Positions 38,944-48,696 of a stretch of DNA of 64,000 nucleotides are shown here, piece by piece. The DNA comes from Acidimicrobiia bacterium (GTDB taxonomy: Bacteria > Actinomycetota > Acidimicrobiia > Spongiisociales > ZC4RG35). The stretch spans positions 593,881-657,880 of the forward strand of contig JANQOU010000006.1 in the NCBI GenBank assembly GCA_028285585.1. The letters are read 5' to 3'. The notes below the pieces were generated by a model. That model saw only the letters and a list, made by a program, of their open reading frames with translations. It was not told the origin of the DNA and made no database searches. Each line of letters begins with the position of its first letter. Position 1 is the first letter of the stretch. A program made the position numbers and the translations under genes.

Positions 38944-40665
38944 GTGGACATGGTTGGTCAATCGAAGAATCGAGTAGCGCGTTGGGCAGCGGCCCTTGTC
39001 GGTTCGGGTGTTGTCGCTCTGCTAGTTCTGTTGACCGTGTCAGAGCCGGTGGGGGACGAGCCCATGGTCACCACCGCAGAGCCAGTCACAGATACCGGCG
39101 CGACCACTACCACCAGTCAGGTGACCACGAGTCCGTCAATCGGTCACGGGACCATCTCCGGAGTGCTGCTCGACGGGACCAAGTACACACTCCACTACGA
39201 AGGTGACATCTCGACACGCTGGGAAGGGAGTGACGGAGTCGTTGTCGTCGACATCGATGGGCATCCGAACGCAATCGGTGTCCACGGTTATGTCGGTTCC
39301 TTTCCCGACGAGCCGTTCTACGAAGACGGCGTGTTCCGACCAGCCCTAGGTGGCGTGGAGATCAAGCTCTATGACCACGTGAAGGACTACCTCGGTGATG
39401 ACGCAGGGGAGATCCTGAAACGGTCGATCCGTGGAGGCATAGTCGATGGTTTGCCGACGATGGAGCTGCTTCCTCCTTTTCGATGGGGCAACCAGAATGA
39501 GATACCCGCGCACATGAGCGCCGTCTATCCGCAGTTTACGGTGCTCCGAGGATGCTCAACCTCTCTGGCCCTGGTGTGCAGTTGGAACGGCGCTCTTCAA
39601 GTGATCGCAGCAACGGAGCTTGGCTCTGGGGCGAAGGCTTGGCCTGACAACGCCCAAATCGGTTTCGCGTCTCTTGACGGTGATCGACCGGATTGGGACG
39701 ACAACTATCTCGATCCGGGCCCTCTTACGCCCAGAGCTTTTGCAGATGTGCTCTGGACGGGTGAGGAGATGATCGTGTGGGGTGGCAGCCAGAGCGATGT
39801 ATCACCGGACGTGGCTGACGGAGCTGCCTACAACCTTGCGACCGACGCTTGGCGGGAACTCTCCCCTGCACCGGCGCTTGATCTCAACGCAGCATCTCGA
39901 GCGGTTATGGCGGATGACCTGATGGTGGTCGTCTCTCGAGATGCGACTCTTGGCTATGACCCGCGGGATGACGAGTGGCGGATCATCGGTGAGGGGCCGG
40001 TACCTCCCGAAGAGCCGGGCAAAATGGTCTGGGACGGCACCTCCGTCGTGTTGTGGACCAACGGCTTCCACAAGCTTGATCTGTCAAGTGGTGAGTGGTC
40101 CCAGCTTCCGGACCCACGTATCGAGATTGGCCCTGAGCCTTGGATGCGCTCATTGCGCGTCTTGGAATCGGGATCGGTGGTTGCCGTCGGGTCGACCGGT
40201 ACTTGCGAAGGGCGGGCAGTGGTCGTCTATACCGGCTCAGGTTGGGAATCCCTTGACGGCTTCGACCTCGGAACGGAGTCCTATGCCGACTGCTCCACTC
40301 CTCGTCAAACCGCGGTCATCGGGAACGAAGCCATTGCATGGAACCCGGATTCAGGTCGAACGATTGCTTGGGAGCATGATGCCGGGCTGGAGTGGCTTGA
40401 CCTGGCCCGGTCTTTCCTTCACGGCGGCGAGGGAGCGGCTGGAGCGCTTCAGTTAGGTGATCGTTTGCTCGTCAACGAGTACGGGCGGGGTCACGTCTAT
40501 GAGCGCTCAAGCGATACATGGTCGAGCCATCTTCTCCCCGGACATGGCACGGAGTGGGACATGGTCTGGACCGGCAAGGAGATCCTCATGTGGGGAGTCC
40601 CGCTGTGCTGCGTCGACAGTGGAGCACGGGTGGATGCCTGGAGGTGGACGCCGCCCACCTCCTAG
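38944..40665 (+). CDS. secreted/membrane-anchored protein with Kelch-like beta-propeller repeats
   Basis: N-terminal TM/signal segment, Thr-rich linker, repeated W-x-G/WGG motifs (VLWTGEEMIVWGG, VVLWTNG, VWTGKEILMWGV). Confidence 0.5.
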   Translation: MDMVGQSKNRVARWAAALVGSGVVALLVLLTVSEPVGDEPMVTTAEPVTDTGATTTTSQVTTSPSIGHGTISGVLLDGTKYTLHYEGDISTRWEGSDGVVVVDIDGHPNAIGVHGYVGSFPDEPFYEDGVFRPALGGVEIKLYDHVKDYLGDDAGEILKRSIRGGIVDGLPTMELLPPFRWGNQNEIPAHMSAVYPQFTVLRGCSTSLALVCSWNGALQVIAATELGSGAKAWPDNAQIGFASLDGDRPDWDDNYLDPGPLTPRAFADVLWTGEEMIVWGGSQSDVSPDVADGAAYNLATDAWRELSPAPALDLNAASRAVMADDLMVVVSRDATLGYDPRDDEWRIIGEGPVPPEEPGKMVWDGTSVVLWTNGFHKLDLSSGEWSQLPDPRIEIGPEPWMRSLRVLESGSVVAVGSTGTCEGRAVVVYTGSGWESLDGFDLGTESYADCSTPRQTAVIGNEAIAWNPDSGRTIAWEHDAGLEWLDLARSFLHGGEGAAGALQLGDRLLVNEYGRGHVYERSSDTWSSHLLPGHGTEWDMVWTGKEILMWGVPLCCVDSGARVDAWRWTPPTS

Positions 40666-40702
40666 CGACCACAATGAGCAGGTGCGCGGCCTGCTCATCG
40701 AC

Positions 40703-41965
40703 ATGACACCGATCCGGACGAGCCGGCCCTATCGCCACTTGTGGCTCGGCAGCGCATTGTCGGGCATCGGATCGACCTTGGTGATGATCGCCGTTGCGCT
40801 TCAGGTCTACGACATCTCAGGGTCCACCCTCCAAGTCGGCTTCGTGGGGCTGGCCTCTTTCGTCCCGCTGGCCGTCCTCGGTCTGTACGGCGGGTCGGTC
40901 GTCGACGCCTACGACCGGCGGCGAGTCCTGGTGCACACCCAGGTATGGCTGACTGTGGTTGGGGTGGTTCTGACGCTGGTCTCTTTCGCCGACGTGGCGT
41001 CCGTTTGGGTGCTCTACATTCTGGTGGCGCTTCAGAGCGGGCTCAGGGCAGTCAACGCTCCAGCGCGCACGGCGGTCATCCCGCGGATGGTCGGCCCCGA
41101 GCTGCTCCCGGCCGCCAACGCCATCTCCACTTTCACCCGTGGCGTGGCACTGACCGTCGGTCCTGTCATCGGAGGGGTTCTGGTTGACGTCAGCGGGTAC
41201 GGGATGGCCTATGCCGTCCAGGCGGTGTTGATGGCGCTGGCGATTGTGACGTTTGCCTGGCTCCCGCCGCTGCCGCCGGAGGGCGAGCCGAAGAAAGCCG
41301 GGCTGCGGTCGGTGCTCGAAGGGCTTCGATTCCTCAAGTCACGGCCCACAATCGCGATGACTTTTATGGCCGACCTGCTGGCAATGGTCCTGGCGATGCC
41401 CAGGGTCCTGTTCCCGGCGATCGCTGCCATAGCCATCGGTGGCGGTGCAACCACCGTCGGGATTCTCGTGGGAGGCATCGCCATCGGGACCATGCTCGGC
41501 GGGCTGTTCTCCGGGCCCCTAGGCAAGGTCAATCGGCAAGGCCTGGCCATCATCATCTCCGTTGCCTTCTGGGGTGTGTTCGTGACGTTGTTCGGCCTCG
41601 TGGTGCTGATGTCACCCGGCCCCGACTCGGATGGGGCTGCGAATTGGATGTTGTGGCCGGCCACCCTCCTCATGGTCCTCGGTGGGGTGGCGGACACCAT
41701 CAGCGCCGTCTTCAGGGCGACGGTCCTTCAACTGGAGACCCCAGATGCGATGCTGGGTCGTCTCCAAGGTGTGTTCATTGTCGTGGTCGCCGGTGGACCC
41801 GAGATCGGGTCTCTGGTACTCGGATCGGTTGCAAGTGTCACCGGTGAGGCCTGGGCGGCCATTGTTGGTGGGATCGCATGTGCCGTGCTGGTCGTTCTCG
41901 TCGGTCTGAGGCAGAGGGGCCTCTGGGACTACGACATCCGGGCCAGGGAGGCGACGAGTACCTAG
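40703..41965 (+). CDS. MFS transporter (EntS/YbdA-like efflux family)
   Basis: 12 predicted TM helices; start at MTPIRTSRPYRHLWLG after previous gene stop. Confidence 0.7.
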   Translation: MTPIRTSRPYRHLWLGSALSGIGSTLVMIAVALQVYDISGSTLQVGFVGLASFVPLAVLGLYGGSVVDAYDRRRVLVHTQVWLTVVGVVLTLVSFADVASVWVLYILVALQSGLRAVNAPARTAVIPRMVGPELLPAANAISTFTRGVALTVGPVIGGVLVDVSGYGMAYAVQAVLMALAIVTFAWLPPLPPEGEPKKAGLRSVLEGLRFLKSRPTIAMTFMADLLAMVLAMPRVLFPAIAAIAIGGGATTVGILVGGIAIGTMLGGLFSGPLGKVNRQGLAIIISVAFWGVFVTLFGLVVLMSPGPDSDGAANWMLWPATLLMVLGGVADTISAVFRATVLQLETPDAMLGRLQGVFIVVVAGGPEIGSLVLGSVASVTGEAWAAIVGGIACAVLVVLVGLRQRGLWDYDIRAREATST

Positions 41966-43191
41966 AGACGCCCGGCGATGTCGGTCCTGAACTGGGCACC
42001 CTTCCACGCCAGCGTGTCCACGGCGTCATAGGCGCGGTCACGGGCCACGTCGAGGTTCGGCCCGGTGCCGACGAGGCTCAGCACTCGCCCACCGTTGACC
42101 GCGACCTTGTTGCCGTCGACTGCGGTGCCGGCATGGAATACGAGAACGTCCTCTGGCACATTCTTCAAGCCCTGGATCACAGCCCCCTTCTCCGGCGACT
42201 CGGGGTACCCCTCTGCGGCAAGCACCACGTTCACGGTCGCCGTCTTCGACCAAGCCGGAGTTGCTCCCTCTAGGACGTCCACCAGATCTGATTCCAGCCT
42301 GGGCAGGACCGCCTGTGTCTCCGGGTCGCCCAGCCGCACGTTGAACTCCAGCACTTTCGGGCCGTCTGCGGCGAGAACCAGCCCCACATAGAGGAACCCT
42401 GAGAAGGGGCTGCCATCAGCAGCCATCTGGGACAAAGTCGGATTCACCACATCGGACAGCACATCGTCGACGAGACCTTCAGGAAGCTCGACCGGTGAGT
42501 AGGAGCCCATGCCTCCGGTGTTCGGTCCCTGATCGTCATCGAGCAGGCGCTTGTAGTCACGGGCCGGCTCCAGGGCCACGGCGCCATCGTCGGTGCAGAC
42601 GGCGAAGACACTCAGCTCGGGACCGTCGAGAAACTCCTCGATCAAGACCACGGATCCCGCTTCACCGAACTGTCCGTCGAAGCAATGGTCGACCCAGGCC
42701 ACGGCCTCGTTGCGATCGTCGGTGACCAAAACACCTTTACCGGCGGCAAGCCCGTCCGCCTTGACCACAAAAGGGCCGTCGATCCCCTCCAACTGTTTCT
42801 TGGCCGGGCCCGGGTCGGTGAATGCCCACGATTCTCCGGTGGGCACCCCGGCCTTGCGCATCACTTCTTTCGCGAAGGTCTTCGAAGACTCCAGCCGGGC
42901 CGCCGCCCGAGTCGGGCCGAACACGGGGATTCCCAGAGCAGACACGGCATCGACCACCCCAGCTGCGAGCGGAGCCTCCGGTCCGACGACCACGAGATCG
43001 ACGTCCTGGATGCGGGACATTGCCGAGATTGCTCCGGCGTCGGAGACGTCTATCCCCTCCACGGTGGGGCCCAGGTCGGCTAGCCCCGGGTTGCCGGGAA
43101 GTGAGATCAGTTCGCCGACACGTGGTGACTGGGCCAGTTTCCACCCGAGGGCGTGCTCCCTGCCCCCATTCCCTATCAGCAGGACTCTCAC
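41962..43191 (-). CDS. purD: phosphoribosylamine--glycine ligase
   Basis: MRVLLIGNGGREHALGWKL N-terminus, ATP-grasp domain. Confidence 0.9.
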   Translation of the reverse strand: MRVLLIGNGGREHALGWKLAQSPRVGELISLPGNPGLADLGPTVEGIDVSDAGAISAMSRIQDVDLVVVGPEAPLAAGVVDAVSALGIPVFGPTRAAARLESSKTFAKEVMRKAGVPTGESWAFTDPGPAKKQLEGIDGPFVVKADGLAAGKGVLVTDDRNEAVAWVDHCFDGQFGEAGSVVLIEEFLDGPELSVFAVCTDDGAVALEPARDYKRLLDDDQGPNTGGMGSYSPVELPEGLVDDVLSDVVNPTLSQMAADGSPFSGFLYVGLVLAADGPKVLEFNVRLGDPETQAVLPRLESDLVDVLEGATPAWSKTATVNVVLAAEGYPESPEKGAVIQGLKNVPEDVLVFHAGTAVDGNKVAVNGGRVLSLVGTGPNLDVARDRAYDAVDTLAWKGAQFRTDIAGRL

Positions 43192-44462
43192 GACAACTCG
43201 ATGAGCTGGGATCGCTCGGGTCCGACCGAGACCCAGCCGACATCCACTCCAGAGGCCTCCTGGACGTATTCGATATATGCCCGGGCTTCCTTGGGAAGGT
43301 CGTCGTAGCGCCGCACTCCGGTGATGTCCTCACCCCATCCGGGCAGCTCCTCATAAACCGGCTCGCAGTGATAGAGCACGGACTGTTGAGCCGGGAACTC
43401 GTCGAACTTGCCTTCGGGTGACCGGTACCCGACTGCCACCTTGATGCTGTCGAAGGCCGACAGGATGTCGAGCTTGGTGAGGAAGAGCTTGGTGAGGCTG
43501 TTCACGCGAGCGGCGTAGCGCAGCGCCAGCATGTCGAGCCAGCCACACCGCCGCCGTCGTCCGGTGACCGTGCCGTACTCACCGCCGAGATCGATCATGG
43601 CGTCACCGATCTCGTCGAAGAGCTCGGTGGGGAAGGGACCGGTGCCGACCCGAGAGATGTATGCCTTGGCCACCCCGACCACATCGTCGATTGCCTTGGG
43701 GCCGACGCCGGTGCCGACGACAGCTCCTCCCGCCGTCGGGTTGGACGAGGTGACGAACGGGTATGTGCCGTGGTCGATGTCGAGGAGGGTTCCCTGTGCT
43801 CCTTCGAAGAGGACCGCCTTGTCGTCCTGGATGGCGTTCCACAAGAGCAGGGAGGTGTCGGTGACGTGGGGCGCCAGGCGCTCCGCGTACTCGAGGTACT
43901 CGTCCACGATGGCATCGGCCTCCATGGGGAGCGTGTTGTAGACGCGAGGGAGGATCTTGTTCTTGTCCTCCAGCGCCGCTTCCACCTTTTCCCTGAAGAT
44001 CTTCTCGTCGAACAGGTCTTGGACCCTTATCCCGAAGCGGGCGTACTTGTCGGTGTACGCGGGCCCGATGCCCTTTTTGGTGGTGCCTATCTGGTTCTTG
44101 CCCAGGTAGCGCTCGATGGCGGCGTCGAGTTTGCGGTGATAGGGCATGATGAGATGAGCGTTGGACGAGAGCTTCACCGCCGAAGGGTCGAGCCCGCGCT
44201 CCGTGGCCATGTCCATCTCGTCGAGCAGCACTTTGGGGTCGATCACCGTGCCCGACGCGATCACCGGAATGCACTCGGGGTAGAGGATCCCGGAGGGGAT
44301 CAGGGAGAGGGCCAGCTTCTCTTCGCCGACGACGATGGTGTGGCCGGCGTTGTTGCCACCCTGGAACCTGACCACGTAGTCGGCGGACTCGGCAAAATAG
44401 TCGACGACCCGTCCCTTGCCTTCGTCACCCCATTGGGCTCCAAGAACAATCGTGGCTGGCAT
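43188..44462 (-). CDS. purA: adenylosuccinate synthetase
   Basis: QWGDEGKGRVVD P-loop, GGNNAGHT motif; start at MPATIVLGAQWGDEGKG. Confidence 0.9.
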   Translation of the reverse strand: MPATIVLGAQWGDEGKGRVVDYFAESADYVVRFQGGNNAGHTIVVGEEKLALSLIPSGILYPECIPVIASGTVIDPKVLLDEMDMATERGLDPSAVKLSSNAHLIMPYHRKLDAAIERYLGKNQIGTTKKGIGPAYTDKYARFGIRVQDLFDEKIFREKVEAALEDKNKILPRVYNTLPMEADAIVDEYLEYAERLAPHVTDTSLLLWNAIQDDKAVLFEGAQGTLLDIDHGTYPFVTSSNPTAGGAVVGTGVGPKAIDDVVGVAKAYISRVGTGPFPTELFDEIGDAMIDLGGEYGTVTGRRRRCGWLDMLALRYAARVNSLTKLFLTKLDILSAFDSIKVAVGYRSPEGKFDEFPAQQSVLYHCEPVYEELPGWGEDITGVRRYDDLPKEARAYIEYVQEASGVDVGWVSVGPERSQLIELS

Positions 44463-44609
44463 GACGTGGAGCGACGGTAGCCGGGTTGTCTCGGAGTCCC
44501 GTCCCTGTGGAAACCACGAAACACAGCGTTCACATTTCAGCAACGAACGGGCAACCGTCCCTGAATACAAAGTCGTTGTTCACGATCCACATATCGAGAG
44601 GAGATCATC

Positions 44610-46034
44610 GTGACCAAGACGGCTGCCGACGTCTTGTCCCTCGTCGCTGACGAGGGCTACGAGTTCGTCGACCTTCGCTTCTGCGACCTGCCCGGCCAGG
44701 TCCAGCACTTCACCGTTCCCGCCCGCCAACTGACCGAAGACTCCTTCGAGGAGGGCTTCGGCTTCGATGGATCTTCGATCCGCGGCTTCCAGGACATCCA
44801 GGAGTCGGACATGATCCTGATCCCCGATCCGGCCACCGCCGTGGACGATGTCTTCCGGGAGCGCAAGACGCTGATTCTGTACTGCTTCGTCAACGACCCG
44901 GTGACGGGCACCCCTTATGAGAAGGATCCGCGCTACATCGCCAAGAAGGCGGAGGACTACCTGGTCAGCACGGGTATCGCCGACACCTCCTACTGGGGCC
45001 CAGAGGCCGAGTTCTACATTTTCGATGACGTGCGCTTCGGCCAGGACCAAAACTCCGGGTTCTACTTCGTCGACTCGGTAGAGGGAGCTTGGAACTCCGG
45101 CGAGTTCGAGGACGGGGGCAACCTCGGCTACAAGCCCAGGTACAAGGAGGGTTACTTCCCGGTTCCCCCCACCGACCACTATCAAGATCTTCGGTCGGAG
45201 ATGACGGCGCGCCTCGAGGATGCCGGCATCGTGGTCGAGGTTCAGCACCACGAGGTGGGCACCGCAGGTCAGGCGGAGATCGATATCCGCTTCGACACGC
45301 TGCTGCGCACAGCAGACAACGTGACCCTGTTCAAGTACATCGTGAAGAACACGGCGTGGGAGCAGGGCAAGACGGTGACCTTCATGCCGAAGCCGATCTT
45401 CGAAGACAACGGCTCGGGCATGCACACCCACCAGTCGTTGTGGAAAGACGGCGAGACGTTGATGTTTGACGAGAGCGGCTATGCCGGCCTGTCCGACATC
45501 TCTCGCTGGTACATCGGCGGCATCCTCAAGCATGCGCGGGCGATCCTCGCCTTTGCCGCTCCGACGACGAACTCGTACCACCGGCTTGTGCCTGGGTTCG
45601 AGGCCCCGGTGAACCTCGTCTACTCGAGCCGCAACCGGTCGGCTGCCGTGCGAATCCCGCAGTACTCGCAGGCTCCGGCTGCGAAGCGTCTCGAGTTCAG
45701 GTGCCCTGACCCGGCAGCCAACCCGTACCTGGCGTTTGCGGCGATGCTGATGGCCGGCATCGACGGGATCCAGAACCGGATCGAGCCGCACGACCCGGTG
45801 GACAAGGACATCTACGACCTCCCGCCGGCGGAGTTGGAGGGCCTGCCATCGGTGCCCGGCTCACTCGACGAGGCGCTGGACGCGCTGGAAGAGGACCACG
45901 ACTTCCTGCTCCAGGGTGGTGTGTTCACAGAAGGGCTGATCGACGCCTGGCTCGCCTACAAGAGGGAGCATGAGGTCGACCCGGTCAGGCTTCGCCCCCA
46001 CCCGTACGAGTTCCACCTCTACTACGACATCTAG
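44610..46034 (+). CDS. glnA: glutamine synthetase type I
   Basis: 474 aa; FDGSSI, MPKP, and adenylylation-loop region; C-terminal YYDI. Confidence 0.9.
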   Translation: MTKTAADVLSLVADEGYEFVDLRFCDLPGQVQHFTVPARQLTEDSFEEGFGFDGSSIRGFQDIQESDMILIPDPATAVDDVFRERKTLILYCFVNDPVTGTPYEKDPRYIAKKAEDYLVSTGIADTSYWGPEAEFYIFDDVRFGQDQNSGFYFVDSVEGAWNSGEFEDGGNLGYKPRYKEGYFPVPPTDHYQDLRSEMTARLEDAGIVVEVQHHEVGTAGQAEIDIRFDTLLRTADNVTLFKYIVKNTAWEQGKTVTFMPKPIFEDNGSGMHTHQSLWKDGETLMFDESGYAGLSDISRWYIGGILKHARAILAFAAPTTNSYHRLVPGFEAPVNLVYSSRNRSAAVRIPQYSQAPAAKRLEFRCPDPAANPYLAFAAMLMAGIDGIQNRIEPHDPVDKDIYDLPPAELEGLPSVPGSLDEALDALEEDHDFLLQGGVFTEGLIDAWLAYKREHEVDPVRLRPHPYEFHLYYDI

Positions 46035-46037
46035 GCC

Positions 46038-46053
46038 ACGGCCTTCCGGCCGT
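46038..46053 (+). terminator. short GC hairpin ACGGCC-TTCC-GGCCGT immediately after the glnA stop
   Basis: 6-bp stem read from sequence; weak T-tail. Confidence 0.3.
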
Positions 46054-46158
46054 CGTTGGGACCGGGCGGGTCCATGTGACCAGGTAGGAGCCTCCGGCAG
46101 GAGACCCCAACCCCTCGCTTGCGAGGCGCCCGGCCCCAACTGTGCCGCCTTCTCACCT

Positions 46159-46272
46159 GCAACCTCAGGTAATGCCGCCCAAATACGGGCCCTATAGCCT
46201 CCGGTTGGGAGAGCGCACGGCCAACTCGAGGCCATAGCTACCAGATACGGTCGCTATTACCTGAGGTTCGCT
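46159..46272. repeat. full-length copy of the nested-palindrome dispersed element (about 114 bp) between glnA and the toxin-antitoxin module
   Basis: TIRs CAACCTCAGGTAATGCCGCCCAAATACGGGCCCTATAGCCTC ... GAGGCCATAGCTACCAGATACGGTCGCTATTACCTGAGGTTCG; core diverged from the copy at 16349. Confidence 0.6.
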
Positions 46273-46301
46273 GTGGGGGGTTGTCAGGGGTCCTGTACGT
46301 C

Positions 46302-46335
46302 GTGTATGACAAGTCGTTATACTTTATGTATGACA
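46302..46335 (+). promoter_or_regulatory. two direct repeats TGTATGACA flanking a TATACT -10 box 7 nt upstream of the antitoxin ATG (leaderless-type promoter/operator of the TA module)
   Basis: repeats at 46302-46310 and 46327-46335; TATACT at 46318-46323. Confidence 0.45.
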
Positions 46336-46578
46336 CAACTGGTTGCGCGGGTGGACGATGAGTTCATCGAAGCCATAGATCGACTGATCGAGGAGGGGGT
46401 CGTGGCCTCTCGCTCAGATGCGGTGAGACAAGGTCTCGAGGTTCTGATCGATCGCGCCCGTAGACACCGCGTCGGCGATGCGATAGTTCTGGGCTATCAA
46501 GCCAGCCCGCAGACAGAACCAGAGTGGGGTTGGTCCGATGACGCGACAGCTCGGATGATTGGTGAAGAGCCTTGGTGA
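46330..46578 (+). CDS. ribbon-helix-helix (CopG/MazE-like) type II antitoxin
   Basis: 82 aa; MTQLVARVDDEFIEAIDRLIEEG RHH motif; stop overlaps toxin start. Confidence 0.65.
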   Translation: MTQLVARVDDEFIEAIDRLIEEGVVASRSDAVRQGLEVLIDRARRHRVGDAIVLGYQASPQTEPEWGWSDDATARMIGEEPW

Positions 46579-46883
46579 CGCCCGCTCAAGGTGAGATCTG
46601 GTGGGCCGAGGCTGAGGACAAGCGCCGTCCTGTCCTGGTGGTGAGTCGCAACGAAGTCATTCCGGTTCTGACTTGGATCATGGTGGCACCGCTCACGAGG
46701 ACCGTGCGCGGCATTCCCACTGAGATCGAGCTGGGTGCCGAGCACGGGCTCGGAGTCGAAAGTGCAGCCTCATTTGACAATCTTCAACCGATTCGCCGGA
46801 CGTTTCTGACGGAGAGAGTTGGTTCTCTGCCTTCGGCCAGACAGAGCATCTGTCGCGCTTTGGGGGCTCTGGCCGACTGCTAG
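46572..46883 (+). CDS. MazF/PemK/Kid-family type II toxin endoribonuclease
   Basis: 103 aa; PAQGEIWWAEAEDKRRPVLVVS ... VAPLT pattern of the CcdB/MazF fold; TTG/GTG start overlapping the antitoxin stop. Confidence 0.65.
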   Translation: MVTPAQGEIWWAEAEDKRRPVLVVSRNEVIPVLTWIMVAPLTRTVRGIPTEIELGAEHGLGVESAASFDNLQPIRRTFLTERVGSLPSARQSICRALGALADC

Positions 46884-46901
46884 GGGGCTCCGACTGAGGG
46901 G

Positions 46902-47510
46902 TTAGGCGGAGGCGTTGGCTTGGGCGGCGTTGTTGGCGTTGGCAACTTCGGTCTGGAAGTCGGCGACGGCCCGGCTGTAGGCGTCCACAGCCCCGCGGCG
47001 AAGCTCGCCGGTGTCGGTGGAGCGCAGCCCGTTCAGCGCATCTCCGGCCGCCAAGGTGGCGAATTGCATCGCCGTCTTCATCGTTTCCTGGTTGACCTCG
47101 AGACCCACCGGCACCACCAATGCGTCCAATGCGTCGGACAACGCTTGAGTCTCGGTCTGGACAGCGTCCAGACGGGACTCAGTGTCTCCGTACTCGATCG
47201 TCCTCGGGTCGGCGTCAAACCCGTCGTTGACAGTCACCATCTCCACCCCGAGCAGCTGGAGATCGTTGTTGAGCGAGTCGACCGCATCGAGATAGGCCTG
47301 GGTGTCAGGATCGAGTGCGGTCGGCCCGGGGTCGGTTGTCTCGGTGGCGACCGTCGTCGATGTGGTGGTGACTTGCCCGGCCAGCGTCGAATCCGGTGAC
47401 GCCTCGGGCAATTCGCGCACGAAGAAGTAGGTGAAAGCGATCATCCCCAAGATGACGAGGGGAAGTATCCACCGTCCCGGCTTGGGGTCTGGGTTGACTG
47501 CCATGTCCAT
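46902..47510 (-). CDS. membrane-anchored hypothetical protein (N-terminal TM, Thr-rich linker, helical acidic domain)
   Basis: 202-aa ORF; hydrophobic WILPLVILGMIAFTYFFV; no family recognised. Confidence 0.45.
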   Translation of the reverse strand: MDMAVNPDPKPGRWILPLVILGMIAFTYFFVRELPEASPDSTLAGQVTTTSTTVATETTDPGPTALDPDTQAYLDAVDSLNNDLQLLGVEMVTVNDGFDADPRTIEYGDTESRLDAVQTETQALSDALDALVVPVGLEVNQETMKTAMQFATLAAGDALNGLRSTDTGELRRGAVDAYSRAVADFQTEVANANNAAQANASA

Positions 47511-47611
47511 TCAGACGATAGCTGTGCGGGCTTTAGTTCCCCGGTTGACCTTCTCCTGGCTCCGGATACGACCCTCTTGAAGGCACCTCTCGCACCTCAT
47601 ACGTTCGAGGC

Positions 47612-48421
47612 ATGGGAGAGGAACGTCACGAAGTGTATGAGCGGATCCCCTGGGAGACGCTGGAGAAAACGGGTAGCGAGCGCAACTGGCTGGTCTATGC
47701 GATAGCCGGAGCTGTCGTCGTTGGCGCACTGGGCTACACGTTCATGCAAAACAGGGCGGCTCCACTGCCGGCCACGCAGCCAGAAGCACAAACAGCAATC
47801 ACTTCTCCTGCCCCTCCGCCTCTGACAACCGAACCCCCGGTTTCAGCTCCGGTGGTTGTCGCAGAGGCCGACCTCTACGCGGTCAACCCTGAGCGGCTGA
47901 TCGACACAGTCGTCGCCCACGCCGAGCGTTTTGCCATGGAGTACTTCTCCTTCGACGGCACGCAGGAGTCGCAACGCTCGCTCGACATCTTGATGCCGGA
48001 GAACATCCCGTCTCCCGAGGCACCTGGAGGAACTCAGGTCTTCGTCGATTGGGTCGGGTTTGCCGGCCTTGTCGAGTCAGGACCCCTGGCCTATGACGTC
48101 GATGTGGTGGTGCGGTCCCTGGTGTCCAACAGCGAGGGCCAGTTCACCCGTCAGGCGACCAAGGTGGCGACCGTCCCGATCCACATCGACGAGAGCGGCC
48201 GACCTGTGGTCACAGCCCCGCCGCGAGTGGCCGAGGCCGGTGCCGAGTCATCCCCGGCAATGGATCTTCAGCCCCTTCCGGCAGAAATGGCAGCCCAGCA
48301 TCAGGACCGATTCACCAGCCTGCTTGGAGGGGTGCTCCTGGCAGACGGACGCTGGCGGGTGGTAGCGATGGCCGAAGGCTCAGATGGCGTTGTCAGGGCG
48401 GTGAGTTTCCTCAGCCCCTGA
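47612..48421 (+). CDS. membrane-anchored hypothetical protein (single TM, Pro/Thr-rich linker)
   Basis: 269-aa ORF; WLVYAIAGAVVVGALGYTF TM. Confidence 0.45.
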   Translation: MGEERHEVYERIPWETLEKTGSERNWLVYAIAGAVVVGALGYTFMQNRAAPLPATQPEAQTAITSPAPPPLTTEPPVSAPVVVAEADLYAVNPERLIDTVVAHAERFAMEYFSFDGTQESQRSLDILMPENIPSPEAPGGTQVFVDWVGFAGLVESGPLAYDVDVVVRSLVSNSEGQFTRQATKVATVPIHIDESGRPVVTAPPRVAEAGAESSPAMDLQPLPAEMAAQHQDRFTSLLGGVLLADGRWRVVAMAEGSDGVVRAVSFLSP

Positions 48422-48423
48422 TC

Positions 48424-48681
48424 TCAGTCGCTGAAATGCGCTTCTAGGATCGCCGTCGCCTCGGGCGTTATCGCGTCCCACGTGCCGTCAGCCGTCTTGG
48501 AGATAGTCACGAAGTCCCCAGTGAAGAAAACACTTGCCACCCCGTCTACCGCAGTCAGCGCCGCCGCAAACTCCACATCGGTCTCAGCGCCTTTGACCAC
48601 TGTGCCGGGGCCGCCGACCGCCTGGCCGACGGAGAACTTCATGGCGTTGGGATTTGGCGTGGGAGCGATAGTGATCGGCAT
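48424..48681 (-). CDS. Nfu/NifU N-terminal-domain-like small protein
   Basis: C-terminal about 85 aa (MPITIAPTPNPNAMKF...VFFTGDFVTISK...W..I) resembles the Nfu_N scaffold domain; start uncertain (the ORF's upstream extension is unlikely to be coding). Confidence 0.45.
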   Translation of the reverse strand: MPITIAPTPNPNAMKFSVGQAVGGPGTVVKGAETDVEFAAALTAVDGVASVFFTGDFVTISKTADGTWDAITPEATAILEAHFSD

Positions 48682-48696
48682 CGGACTGCAAGGGTA

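Noticed and set aside
44580-45791. 403-aa minus-strand ORF (and similar long antisense ORFs at 9659-10765, 10636-11460, 13411-14673, 16867-18117, 23169-23993, 23819-24679, 50178-51485, 52871-53782, 58211-59479)
   Set aside because: All lie opposite well-supported genes (glnA, amidohydrolase, IMPase, acs, gabT, purM, hyuA/B, glcD, argS) and show low-complexity Arg/Gly/Pro-rich translations. Absence of stops in antisense frames is expected at about 65% GC.
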